A program made the position numbers and the translations under genes. From Owenia fusiformis (taxonomy: Eukaryota): a stretch of DNA of 64,000 nucleotides. The notes beneath the pieces are model-generated. The model ran no database searches. It saw nothing but the letters and a program-made list of their open reading frames with translations, and was not told the DNA's origin. The stretch is from contig CAIIXF020000001.1 in the NCBI GenBank assembly GCA_903813345.2, positions 35,836,001 through 35,900,000 of the forward strand, given 5' to 3'. Positions 22,401 to 34,500 of the stretch are shown one piece after another; the first letter of the stretch is position 1; every line of letters starts with the position of its first letter.

Positions 22401-25400
22401 AAACTGCCATAATGTTAAAACATTAAGTATACGTAACAGTATTTCGACAAAATGTCAAATGTTGATTTGTCTCTTACTCTTTTTTTTCTAAATTTCACAG
22501 TTGTTAAGTGTATTATTACTAAACGAAATTTTTTAATTGGTGCATGTTTATTTTAGTGTATTAAAGACGGGTTGTTATCCTCAGTTTTTGGCAAAAGAGG
22601 CTTTTGTTTGATGATTCTATCACGATCATATATAAAGGACAGTATATATGAAGTGTTTGAAATTAAATAATTATACTTTGATATGAAGTATTGGATCACT
22701 TTTTACAAGAGAATTATAAATACTTTAATTATTATATGGTAGAAATAATGTTGAACTAATCATTAACCCAATGAGCCAAGTTCATGAAATTAAGAACAAA
22801 AATACTTTATTTTATTTATAGAGAAAATATTTTGAATCAATGTGATGTTATTTTATATAAACAAGTTTATCTCATAGGTAATAAGTAACAGTTGTTATTC
22901 TGCTTGATATCATTCCTGTGTTCTACTGAGGAATATCAGTACTTGGGTAATTATATATCAACTATATCAAGTGTCTTATATTTTTGTACTTTACCAAAAA
23001 AAAGTACAAACGAAAATGCAAAAACAAAAAAATCTTATAAATAAATTGTATAGATCTATATTTGTGTGTGCTTGTTTACTTAAATCATTAGAGCAATACA
23101 TCAGTTCAGTTATAATACTGATTTTATCCATCTAGAGTATGATTCCATCCATCCAATGAAGATGTCACATGTAATCCAGGTTTATGTAATACAACTCATG
23201 GCATCCTGAACGTTTTATATCTTTTATGGGTGAGAATACACTACAGACCTCATTCCTATGGTATAGATACTTCCTGAAGTTGAATTGTGTTTCTAATTTA
23301 CTAAGTGTCGTGTAGAATGATTTGTATCTCTCGGGACTGAGGCCTGGTTTGAAGTGGAACTCAAATGCAAGTTGCTTTATGTTCTGCAGTACTCCCTCTG
23401 CAAACAAGTCTGGGAGCACTTCATGTTCACTGTATTCAATGTCCATCTTTAACATGTCCATTATGGCCTGCAACAATAGAATTTATTAAGTCAACTCTCA
23501 TTGCACAGGTTTATTTATGGATGAAAAACAGGCAAAATGAATGAGAACAACAGACAAAATGAATGAGAAAAATATGTAAAATGAATGAGAACAACAGACA
23601 AAATGAATGAGAAAAATAGGTAAAATGAATGAGAAAAATAGGCAAAATGAATGAGAACAACAGGCAAAATGAATGTGAGAAAAACAGGCAAAATAAATGA
23701 GAACAACAGACAAAATGAATGAAAAAAATAGGTAAAATGAATGAGAAAAATCAGCAAAATGAATGAGAACAACAGGCAAAATGAATGAGAACAAAAGGAA
23801 AAGTTGTAGGAAATTCTCAAAAAATTGTCTTAGTGTGTGAAAAATGTCCCTATGTTTATGACATAAAATTAAAACTAGCTCATCTTTGTTGATTATATTA
23901 GAATATCATACATCCCATGACATTTTGATAGCTAGAGAGATAATGCATATAAAGAGAAGTGTTTGTAAAACTGTTGATACCTTTTCATGCTTGAGTTCTG
24001 TTAGAATAGATGAGAAGGACATCATAGGCCAACCCTCTAGTGTTACATAGTCCTTGTTACTCAATCCCATACTGTGGAAGTAGATAGTCTCAGACCTACG
24101 ATGGTCGCTCATATTCATACTACAAAATGTTGCAGGATAAGTCAGTCTTCAATCTACACTATTGATAGCTAATTGAATAGTTTATCTTTGATCAAATAAT
24201 GCTCCATTAACATTGGATGAAAGATGTTTCACATCTAGGTTAAAATGATTTATTCCTGAGGGTAAATGGTCCATGCTTCAGATTAAATGTGTTTTTTTTT
24301 GTATATTAAATTGTTCATACCTGGGATCAAATGAATGTACTTCACAGGAAAATCGTGAAGTTACATCATCATCAAATGACCAATCATTGTTTATCCTAGA
24401 AAGTAATTCAAGTAGAAAATTAAAGTAGTGTACATTGTAATTCAATATAAAACATGTATTAAAGAAGGCATGAAAAAAAGTAATTAAAGATTTACTCGCT
24501 GAAACAAGGGTTTTACATGACAAAATGATGGAAAATATCAAACCCTGAATGCTTCAAAAAGGTGACTGACTATAACAAAATGACGCCATTTTTTGGTTTT
24601 AGCATATAAATAAGCAGACCCAGATAGAAAGTAGTTGGCCCCAGTCAGATGTAGTTGCAACCTAATCAAGATTGAGATGTGACTAAAATTTACCCAAATG
24701 AGTAGACTAAGCATTTTTCTTGAGGCTTATATGGGCCAGATACACACATGTTCCAGCCTCCATCTTGTTGGTTCCCAATACGTATGACATCATCACAATG
24801 AACTTGCGTCTTTTCAAGCCACGTGAAGAACCACTCCTCGGTCACAAGTGCTGTATCCTTGTCTACAGCTGAGTTAGGTATCTTCTCTGTGATAGTTTTG
24901 AAGAATATGACACCGTTATAAGATTTCTCAGGTTTCCCAGGTTCTTTATTAGCTAACTGTAAAATTTATAAACATTATTTTCTAGTGTGTAACATAATTA
25001 TTTCAACGAACAAATTCACGTAGTAAGCCCTGTGTCCGTCCTTTCATCCATCTGTCTTAGCTGTCAGTATGTCTGTCCATACAGATAATTACTCAAATAC
25101 TATTGAACAGATTTAATTCATGTTTGGTAGAAAGATATAAAATGATAAATAGTTGTACATGTGCACAACTTTATTTTTGAAATGGTGACCACTTCAAAAA
25201 TTGCAGGAAGTTTCGCCAAAAGTTTAGGCCATCCAGAAAACAAGTATTTCCGTTAATTTTGAGATCCTACTAACTTAAGCCTCATTGTACTCAAAGGAAA
25301 GGTATATTAGAGTAGATTGCAAATATTGTATCAATTTTATGTCAATCCTAAGAGTGATAACATATTGTTATTGTCTCTTACTTTTTGTGATGGCACTTGC

Positions 25401-28400
25401 CGTTCAGAGTTCAGGGTCTGTAACAAATGGCAGGTGATGACATATTGCATGTTAATGCCTTGTTTTATTCTGGTTTTGAAAATCCAAAATAGCTGTCAAT
25501 AACTTCAATTTCCATTAATTTTGAGATCTCTTCAAAGTAGTAGTATTTTTAGTCAATAGTATTGAGTTTTAATATAAAATCATTTTTATGTCCCCAAAAC
25601 ATAGTGTGGGGCCATATTGTCGGCCTAGGCGCGTCCGTCTGTCCGCCTGTCTGTCCGTCCGTCCGTCTGTCCGTACGTACGTCCGGGAGTTTTCTCCAAA
25701 ACCGCTACAGATATCACCTTCAAATTTTCAGAAATTAACTCGATACCTACTTCCTGTCGGCCATTTTGAAGTCAAATGCTAAAATCCTTGTCTGCAAACT
25801 TTAAGAAAAACGGCTTCACAGTTGCTTTTAAAACTTTAACATCTTGTTCAGCTCACTTCATTCTAGATCTGATTAGGTTTTGGACCTGTTAGCTCAGTCA
25901 TGTCAGCCATTTTGAATGTCTTAAGAAAAGTTAGCGCACGATAATACTTTGTATCATATTGAATGGTGTTTTTGAGTTTTCATATTCTAACTATTTAGTA
26001 GCTTTATAAATAATTTAAGATGTACTTTGTTGTTAAAGCCTATGTTGTTGTTAACAGTATTTATATGTGATAATTTTGTAAAAAGAAATCAGCAAAAACT
26101 CATGATCACTTTTTTATTGTCAGCCATTTTGGATTTTTCCGTCCTAAAATCTTGTCTGTGGAATCTTGTCTACGTGTTTTCAGGTGAACCGTTTGGTGGA
26201 TCAATTCTTGATTTTCAGGGATGATTCTTAGTATAAAAATCTAGATCTGATTATTTTTTTGGCATTCTGGGTAAATGTCAAGGCAGCCATTTTGGATTTT
26301 CCGTCCTAAAATCTTGTCTGTAAAGTCTTGTCTACGCGTTTTCAGGTGAACTGTTTGGTAGATCAATTTCAATTTTTCAGGGATGATCCTTAATATGAAA
26401 ATGTACAACTGATTAGTTTTTTGGCATTCTGGGTAATTGTCAAGGCAGCCATTTTGGATTTTCCGTCCTAAAATATTGTCTGTAAAGTCTTGTCTACGCA
26501 TTTCCAGGTGAACAGTTCTGTAGATCAATTTCAAATTTTCAGGGATGATTCTTAGTATGAAAATCTAGATCTGATTAGTATTTGGGCATTCTGGGTAAAT
26601 GCCAAGGCAGCCATTTTGGATTTTCCGTCCTAAAATCTTGTCTGTAGAGTTTTGTCTACGCATTTCCCGGTGAACCGTTTGGTAGATCAATTTCAAATTT
26701 TCAGGGATGATTCTTAATATGAAAATCTAGATCTGATCAGTTTTTTGGCATTCTGGATAAATGTCAAGGCAGCCATTTTGGATTTTCCGTCTTAAAATCC
26801 TGCCCGTAAAGTCTTGTCTATGCGTTTTTAGGTGAACCGTTTTGTAGATCAATTTCAAATTTTCAGGGATGATTCTTCAGTATGAAAATCTAGATCTGAT
26901 TAGTTTTTTTGGCATTCTGGATAAATGCCAAGGCAGCCATTTTGGATTTTCCGTCTTAAAATCCTGCCCGTAAAGTCTTGTCTACGCGTTTTTAGGTGAA
27001 CCGTTTTGTAGATCAATTTCAAATTTTCAGGGATGATTCTTAGAATGAAAATCTAGATCTGATTAGTTTTTTGGCATTCTAGGTAAATTTTAAGGTGGCC
27101 ATTTTGGATTTTCCGTCATCAAATTGTGTCGGTAAAGTCTTGTCTACTCATTTTTAGGATATAACCATTTGACAGGATCACCCACAGGTGGGGACATTTT
27201 GTACACATTTGTGTTCTTGTGTTATATTTGTGCTGCCAGTTTTTGTTCAGATTTTGTGGTCTGATGCCTTATTAGGCTAGGACTCTTTTCAAGAAGGAAT
27301 TCCAAGATTGCTGCTGAATTCAAAGTTGTTGCCAGTTATCAGAAGAAATATAATTTCTGAGAAATACCATTTGTCAGATCTGGTCCAAATTCTATAGCTT
27401 GATGCCTTACGGACTCAGGATCTTAACTTGATTCAGAATTCTTAATATGACATTACATCCCATCATAGGTCTAAATTTTGCCAAGAGGAGACAATACTCC
27501 TGCCTAGGCATTTTTGCCATGTGATGTTCAAAATGATGAATTTCTTACTGTGAAGAGGTATATGATAGTTGCAACAATGAAACAGAGCAGAACTGTTTGC
27601 TTGCATCTTTCCTCATACATGTGCCATCTCTTTTTCATAGTCCTGTTGTATATAATATCCATCATCAGCTATGATCCATCCTCTCATTATCCTGTCTTCA
27701 TGGTTTCTTCAAGTTTATTATCTCGTATCACTTGTTGCAACATGCTTGTAAGAATTGCAGTCCATGTAAACATGTACATCGATTAAATTTGTTTCAGTTT
27801 GAATGTATTATTGATTTGACTCGACTGTTATTAGCAATTAGCATTTCACATATCGATGATCAATTCAGTCATATAATTCAAAAAAGATATTAATAACAAT
27901 CAGACTGGGATAACCTTGGTCCATTCTGCATTATGCAAGAAAACTCAACAACTTAGGAAGATTTATTTTTTCAAGGGAAAATTTACAACTGAATTGCCAA
28001 ATGAATAGGTGCAGTGCATGGCAAAATATGTCAGGTCTTCTAGTATTTTTTTGAACTGATACGCTTCTAAGATATGAGATCTATTAAAAAAGGTGCATCA
28101 TCGCCAACGTGCAAAAGTCAATGTTTTTGCTATAAATCAGGCAGCAATGGTCTACACAACCTGTAATAAATAGGTATAAGGGACGTTATTATCACGACAC
28201 TAATAACAAGGCTCACTTTTTAAAGTTAGTTTCCATGCGTTATACAAAAAATAATTGAAATAAATTAATATTGGATGGAGGGGGGAGTTATGTCTTTACG
28301 ATGGATCAAGTTCAAACAAACTTGTGTATTTGAAAAAACTAAACTCAGTTCCCCAGTAAGAAACTGGATATTATATCTCTGGAGAATGAAAAATGGGAAA

Positions 28401-31400
28401 AATTGGAGTTATAAGAATAAATTCAAGTAGCATGTCTTATCATGTCTTATATACACGTTACTACAGGTCGTGTAGACCATTGTTGCCTAATTTATAGCAA
28501 AAACATTGACTTTTGCACGTTGGTGATGATGTACCTTTTTTAATAGATCTCATATCTTAGAAGCATATCAGTTCAAAAAAATACTAGAAGACCTAACATA
28601 TTTTGCCATGCACTGCGCCTATTCATTCGGCAATGCAGTTGTAAATTTTCTCTTGAAAAAATAAATCTTCCAAATTTGTTGAGTTTTCTTGCAGAAATCG
28701 CCTACTCCCCCTCCATCCATTTTGTAAGATCACCGGGTGTGTGAATATACCTGTATGAATCCACATCATCCTGTTTTCATTTGTCGAGGTATAAACTAGT
28801 CAGGATAAAAAAACAATGAGACTCCAGCCTTTTATTTAGCTAGACAATTTTGTTGTTTTTGGTGTGATTTTTATTCCCAGGTAAACTTTTGAAAACTATG
28901 GTTGCGACAATACATAGGTAGTTTAACATAAATGCTTAATGCCTACCATTAATCTTCTTTTGAAATTGCCATGGGACAAAAAAATGTCTAAATAGATATA
29001 TTTGCTTAGCTGTTTCTGCAATCGTACCAACAAGTTTATCAATAATGTCAATACAACACAACACAGATAAACTGAAGCACTCAATCAGTCAATTGTCCAT
29101 CCAGGCAATAGCTTAAATATAACCAGTTTTCTTCATTTTTGATATTTTATTTCTCACTATAATCTAAAAAATATTTTATAGACATGAATCCTTCAATTCT
29201 CTACATGAATCTAAGAATCTTTGTATGGTCGCAAAATTGGTAATATTTTTGATTGAAAATAATTGTATTGATACATTTTCCTTGACAGCAAATCCCTGCT
29301 ATATCACACCACTGTTATCTCCTTCCATATTTGTGCTATGCTCTGAATAATTCAAAACTGAAACAATGTTTATTTATGAGGCAAATCTCTATGTTTTCCA
29401 GGATGACCATGAACAGTCAGCTGTCAATTCCCAGTAGCAGTCAACAAGGCCTCAGTACACCCACTCCCATTAACCAAGTGTTAGATAGGCCTCCATCCCT
29501 TGGTCTAGATAAGCTTCCCTCCTTACCAGGCTTATCAAACCTACCAAGCATACCCAGCTTTGGGATGAGCCAGTTTTTCGACCAGATTGATGGGAAACTT
29601 GATGCTCAACCAGCAAAGATAACTGAAGATGTACATAGGATTAAGATTGAGCCAGAAGTGACCGAGACCAATGAGGTATCCAGTTCACAATCTCCTTCAA
29701 CATCAACCAATCAGCAAAGTCCACCTATTACCAGCACACAACCCATTGATACTGTAGAAATGTAAGAACAGAATTTTGTTTTGTTGTATATTTTATATAC
29801 TATAACTGTTAATTAAAATAATGATATTATCGTTTGAACATAATTGTATGTATTCTTGAATCTTTATGACACTACAGATAAGCCTGTCCAATGAAACACC
29901 TTTCTGCGAGGAACTCATGTCTCCTCAGAACAAGAAGCAGTGTGTTAGGGCAACTTATTAAAATTCACATATTCACAGGAACATGGGAATTTTTTTCCCT
30001 GTACATCCTATTGTTTTCCAGCAGTTCGAATGGCTTATTAAGCAAATATGTGATTTTTAAGAGCTTGGATTAATATGAATGAGATAAAGATAAGTCCAAT
30101 GTTGACAAGCTGTGACATCCCTACCACTGTTAATTACAATTCCATAATTGTACATATTTGTGTGATTATTGAGCCAACAATATTGGCCAGTGCAGAGAGC
30201 ATTCCTTGTTCGCAGGTTTTCTGTATTAAGACCCTATACAGTTATGTACATTTAGTTTGATCTTTTGCCCTACACAAGACCATCCAAATATTCCACATTC
30301 TCAGATAGTCGATGGAATGGGAAGAGGTATTTTGGAATACAAATATTTAATTATACACATACTCTAAATAGAACATTTACTGTATCAAAATGAGTTGTCC
30401 CCCATATATTTCTACATTATAGAAACCTGTAGAACCTTATAGAGTGAAACCTGTAAAGTGGAACATTTCTATAAGTGGAACACATCTGTTAGTGGAACAG
30501 TTTACAGAGCCCCAAGACCAACTAACTTCATGTTAAATGAACTTCTATAAGTGGAACACCTCACAAGTGGAACACCTTTTAGAGGTACTAAAGGTGTACC
30601 ACTTAGACAGGTTTTACTGTATATGGTCTTATGAATGTATATGGTATTATAAACATGTGGTAAATCTCTATTTATGGTACATTTCAGGTGGCTGAAGAAT
30701 ATTGAGTTGCCTGCGTACATAGATATGTTCAAAACTCGTGGTTACAACTTCATGTACCAGTTAGAAGATATGCAGCAACAGGTACTAAGATAAATCCTTC
30801 TATGTCCATGTGATGCATTATCAACTTAAATTTCATTGTCACAATGTGTATCTGGCTTTTTATTTGAAGTTCTCTTGTGATATTTTAAACATTCAATGTG
30901 CATCTTTGTTCATGGATATACATACAATGCTTTTATGTACAAGTATCCCAAATAAGTACATCATTAACCATATTTTTCCTGTCACTTTGAGAGAAAAAAT
31001 TTCAATTAAATCTCAAATATGAATTGCATTGTTTTAACACTCAAAAAATCATAATACATTTTTCTGATATGATATGTTTTCCAAGCATAATCTTAAAGTT
31101 GTTTGATTTCTTCAGGACTTGGATAAGCTGAAGATTGGTGAAGGACATAGGAGCAAAATATGGCGTGCGTTAGTTGAGTACAAAAATACTCATGATATTA
31201 AGGGTTCACAGACTCAAGCCCAAGGACTCTCAAACTCAAGCAATGCTTCCACTGTGACTATACCTTCCCAGAGTAGTGGTTATTGCCCAGGATTCTATGA
31301 AGTAACTCGATACACATTTAAACATACTATCTCATTGAGGAAAGATGAACATAACTACTGTGCAAGAATGGAAGTGACGGAGGAGGATGAACAAGGTAAT

Positions 31401-31433
31401 GTTAAGCCCAAAGGAGCAAAAATGGATACCTAG
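10467..31433 (+). CDS. TP53/TP63/TP73: p53/p63/p73-family transcription factor, long TA + SAM isoform (about 642 aa without the optional cassette exon)
   Basis: Phase-consistent GT-AG exons: 10467-10546 ([27 protein letters not shown]), 11081-11189, 14688-14845 (polyQ...SPSPY...MPSN), 15153-15231 (TEYPGQYGF...KETKSTTWT), 16555-16741 (YSESLKKLF...RCPNH), 17742-17846 (SHLIRCE), 18139-18221 ([17 protein letters not shown]), 18513-18654 ([16 protein letters not shown]), 19145-19236 (PAKKRKL NLS, EEVFTLH), 19480-19601 ([19 protein letters not shown], oligomerisation), 29402-29761, 30688-30781 and 31116-31433 (SAM domain, [19 protein letters not shown]). Zn ligands and the R175/R248/R273-equivalent residues are intact. 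Confidence 0.95.
11612..11631. promoter_or_regulatory. Perfect zero-spacer p53 response element GGGCAAGCCT-AGGCAAGTTC
   Basis: Both decamers match RRRCWWGYYY exactly. An NRF1-like TGCGCATGCGC (about 11509) and a YY1-like AAAATGGCTG (about 11547) lie just upstream. Confidence 0.85.
11809..11868 (+). CDS. Candidate DeltaN alternative first coding exon of the p53-family gene ([20 protein letters not shown])
   Basis: ATG in AAAATG context, 20 open codons, and a GGG|GTAAGA donor in phase 0 that matches the phase-0 acceptors at 13367 and 14688. It lies about 180 bp downstream of a perfect p53RE, in the intron after the TA exons. Confidence 0.6.
13367..13645 (+). CDS. Candidate 93-codon phase 0/0 cassette exon of the p53-family gene ([20 protein letters not shown]...DHIVSVK)
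   Basis: TAG acceptor at 13364-13366 and AAG|GTATAT donor at 13646. The 279 nt are open in the matching frame and encode acidic, Ser-rich sequence that looks like a disordered protein region. Confidence 0.55.
15244..16307 (+). mobile_element. Tc1/mariner deletion derivative with long TIRs and a transposase HTH remnant
   Basis: TA|CAGGGTGTTCCATATG...CATATGGAACACCCTG|TA, with TIRs over 200 bp. The internal frame [28 protein letters not shown] resembles the mariner N-terminal motif W.KRFK.GR...D..RSGRP. Confidence 0.85.
16757..17604 (+). mobile_element. Unclassified interspersed element of about 850 bp, copy 1
   Basis: Colinear with 36334-37193 over its whole length (GTTCCCTCTTCAAAAGAG...GCGAACC.CGAAAAG). 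Confidence 0.8.
18843..18982. mobile_element. 140-bp palindromic MITE, PIF/Harbinger-like (TTA TSD)
   Basis: TGCCTGGGTCACATTTGCTCCGATTCATCGGC is mirrored by GCCGATGAATCGGAGCAAATGTGACCAAGGCA, with TTA on both sides. Confidence 0.8.
20681..20975 (+). CDS. Alternative terminal exon of the p53-family gene (SAM-less isoform, about 483 aa)
   Basis: Polypyrimidine tract and TTTCAG acceptor in phase 2, matching the donor at 19601. Open to TGA at 20973-20975. Basic segment [12 protein letters not shown] followed by an acidic tail. Confidence 0.75.
22178..22256. mobile_element. 79-bp micro-MITE with CACTGGTGATCC TIRs and 6-bp TSD
   Basis: CACTGGTGATCC...GGATCACCAGTG with an inner ACCGAAACA/TGTTTCGGT stem. 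ATTGTA is duplicated at 22172-22177 and 22257-22262. Confidence 0.75.
23165..27638 (-). CDS. METTL24: Methyltransferase-like 24 family protein (about 289 aa, N-terminal signal anchor), nested antisense in the p53-family intron
   Basis: Minus-strand exons 27638-27549 (MKKRWH...[15 protein letters not shown]), 24956-24694 ([13 protein letters not shown]...CLVYSFG), 24395-24321 (INNDWSFDD...CEVHSFDP), 24119-23981 and 23467-23165 ([11 protein letters not shown]...KQLAFEFH...CHELYYIN). Phases are consistent and the motifs are typical of METTL24/Methyltransf_22. Strict orthology is uncertain because the family has many paralogues in invertebrates. Confidence 0.88.
23519..23795. repeat. 22-bp purine-rich minisatellite in the last METTL24-like intron
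   Basis: About 12 copies of AAAATGAATGAGAA(CAACAGRC/AAATAGGY). Confidence 0.9.
25583..27220 (+). mobile_element. Helentron-associated / pearl-like element with microsatellite and 162-bp core tandem array
   Basis: Subterminal inverted ATGTCCCC / GGGGACAT, a (TCCG/TCTG)n tract at about 25633-25685, and about 6.5 units anchored by CAGCCATTTTGGATTTTCCG at 26121, 26284, 26446, 26608, 26770, 26934 and about 27096. Confidence 0.75.
27934..28693. mobile_element. Fold-back MITE with about 230 bp TIRs
   Basis: About 27934-28165 is the reverse complement of about 28462-28693. Confidence 0.8.
30440..30621. mobile_element. Short Tc1/pogo-like MITE remnant
   Basis: TAGAGTGAAACCTGTAAAGTGGAACA... / ...CCACTTAGACAGGTTTTACTGTA ends, with repeated AAGTGGAACAC. 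Confidence 0.55.
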
Positions 31434-31534
31434 CAACATGAACAAGGTAATGTTAAGCCTAAAGGAGCAAAAATGGATACCTAGCAACATGAACAAGGCA
31501 ATGTAAGCCCTAAAGGAGAGAAATGGATGCTTAG
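31387..31534 (+). repeat. 51-bp tandem triplication spanning the p53-family stop codon
   Basis: ATGAACAAGGTAATGTTAAGCCCAAAGGAGCAAAAATGGATACCTAGCAAC starts at 31387, 31438 and 31489 (third copy diverged). Confidence 0.9.
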
Positions 31535-34500
31535 ACTAGTCCGTTGAGTAAAGGAGATAGATTCTGAATTTTGAATCTGCCAGTTAAATCCACATAAACA
31601 CACCTGGCATCCATGGTGCTAAGTTTGAAATGAAGTAGTCAAACCTATGAATAAATCCATATACAAGTAGCTAGACCGAGAGCAATGCATATGGAGGAGA
31701 TTCGTGATCACTCTGTATGTCGGTGGGAAGAACGAAGTAACTTCTGAATCCCTGCATTTGGAGAGTGAGTTCCAGGCAAATTATTTGATTGAACTTAAAT
31801 CAGTCAGCAATTATGTAATACATGCCTATCCCATATAGTACAAAAACTTCAGAATTTGGGTCATTTTCATTTTTCAGTAAAACTTTGATTTCACTTGATA
31901 TTATGGGATAGTAAGATCACTCACTGGATGGGACTGTATGTTTTTTATTCTTTTGGATAATTGAAAGAGACCTAGTTGGCTGTCTTTAGGATGTGACTTA
32001 TCATCTAGGCCTGTATATGTTAATGAAGCGTGTATGTGTATCTATGATATACAGTATACTTTTTGGTAATTAGAGTAGACATGATACAATTCCAGCATTC
32101 TCCTTGAGATTTTTTTAAGTGGGTTAGAAATTCTCATTTTCTCAATTCAGACCAAAATTGGTCAAGATATGCCCATTTTCATCATTTTTCTCATTTGGGC
32201 AAATGGATTGTCAGGTGGGTGCAAGACTGTTTTTAAAATCTCAGTTGGGTGCTGTGCCCAGTTGCTTTAATGCTGAGTAGATCATTGTATTTGTACGTAA
32301 TTATTGCAGACTGGGCAGTGCCTATGCACATGTGTTTTACCTCATGAGATGTATTCATGATAAAAATTCATGTTTAGTGTAGATTGCTTTAATAAAGCTT
32401 ATTTTTGTACATCTTGTAATAATTGTCTGTATCATTGTTTATTGTTGAGACAAGGCTAGGATATAGCACTTTCAGAGATTCATTAGCATTATGTGATTCC
32501 ACATGCATAATGTATAAGTTCCATGCATTTATGGTAAATGTGACTTGCATATCCCTCTACAAAAACATTCTTTGATCAGCGTACTTTTTACTGTAGCCAA
32601 GTTGTTCTGTAATATTACATGCACTCGAGTTAACATTTTCTATCTCAGGCCCAATAATAAACTTACATGTAGATTAAGAAAAAGTGTATTGCATCATTGT
32701 GAGTCCTGATGTTAGAATATTATTCTTCATTTAGTATTTGTTGAGCATTAGGTGTGAAATACACATTGTGCATCAATGAAGTGCCAAGTATGGATACAGG
32801 AGTTCTTATAAAATTGTTAAGTCTGTAAGATGCAGAGAAAGCTATGTCATAAGATGGAACAATAAATTCTTTTTTGCTCAAGAGTTCAATTTCTTGTTCA
32901 ATCACGAAAATGTTAATTTAATCAGTTCCATTGACCCCTCTCCCATAAAACGAATGAGGTTGATCCAGACTTTTTGTAGGCTTGGCCACAAAGAAAACCC
33001 TGTCTAATCAGAATGCCATTTGTACCAGCCAAATATTAAATTGTGTTTACATTTGAGGTTTTTAACATGGTAGTCTCTGACATATTGAAACAAGGCATTA
33101 CATGCAAAATGTCACTACCTGCCATTTGGTACAGACACCAATTGCCAACACCAATAGTTGAACACCAAACACCATCCACAAAAAAGTTGGAGACCATAAC
33201 CATGTCTCATGTTCACATTGAGAGATCTTCGCATTAAGAGTTGTTGGGGTATACAGATTTTATTGCAAAATATAAAGCCAAAAACACTTCCTCTTGAACA
33301 TCCCCGATATAAACTAATGCAAGATTTACTTTCCTGTTATCTAACAATCTGCTTTGAACTAACCATTGGATTCTATGAGAAATTCCTCCAAGAAAATATT
33401 CAGGGGATTTAAGAATGTGTAAGGGTTACATAATTTGAGAAATTATTGGCTAACATAAAACCTATTTTAAAACAGCATTTATATTCTTCAAAAGTGTTGA
33501 TTATCAATGATTCCCAGCCCTCGGAAATAAAAATACCTGGGTGTTAATTCATAGGTTATCTTTGAAAATGAGAAATTTTTTTGGGGAATATATGGTGTAA
33601 TCTTACAGTTAATAAAACAGTTTATAGTGTATTGCATTGTACATACAACCTTCGAAAGGTCAAAAAAGTTGATTTTTTGGATTTGTCATTTTCAGGGAAC
33701 TTTCTCATGTATACAGTCAATGGCGGTTTTGTGATTGAAAATTATTTTAAAGTAACTAAGTGTACTGCCTCATTAACTTAGTAGCTACCAGGGGCGTCAG
33801 AAGGATTTTCCAAGGGAAGGGGCGACTTTTTGGTATGAACGGGTCGATCGTGAAGCGCACAATCTAGGAGGATGCCCCCAGAGAATTTTCGAATTTAAAC
33901 CCTCTCTGGTGCATTCTGAACATATCTCAGAACAATATTCCCAATAATAAAAACAAGAAAAAATTGTGTTTTTAACTTGACTTTGACTAAAAAAAACTTT
34001 GACTGTTACTAAAATAGAGCTTTCAATTCTAGGGTTGGTTTCAAATCTGGGAAAGGGGGGGGGGGGCGGTTGCCCCCAACGCCCTCCCCCTTCCGACATC
34101 AATGCCTACTTAATTATAAGTCTGAGTAACTTAACGACTTAGTATTCATGTAATTTGGACAAAAAGAGGTTTTTCTGAACAAAGTTAGTTCTTTGCAAAC
34201 ATAATGTGGTTACAATTCACTGTGTGATTACAAGGCCATGGGTCCTTCATTAGGCATGTCTACACAAACTTGTTGAGACAATAAACCAACAGAAAATGCT
34301 GAATAAGTTTCAATGCAAAAATCTTTTTATTATTAAATTGAAATGGCTGCAAAAATAATTCCTCCATTTGTAACTTTCTTGGAGATATTTCAGCCTCATT
34401 ATTTAAGCGCCTCTTCAAACAGGCTCGACTTGTGATTATACTGCATTGCTTTCAAATGTCCAATAGTATCCACAAAATGTTGAATATATATCCACACCAT

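Noticed and set aside
23498..23820. Hydrophobic repetitive ORFs ([12 protein letters not shown]...)
   Set aside because: Translation of the 22-bp intronic minisatellite.
26241..26534. 97-aa ORF with an internal duplication
   Set aside because: Arises from the 162-bp tandem array.
28428..28447. p53RE-like TAGCATGTCT-TATCATGTCT
   Set aside because: Three mismatches, and it is explained by a 10-bp tandem duplication inside a MITE.
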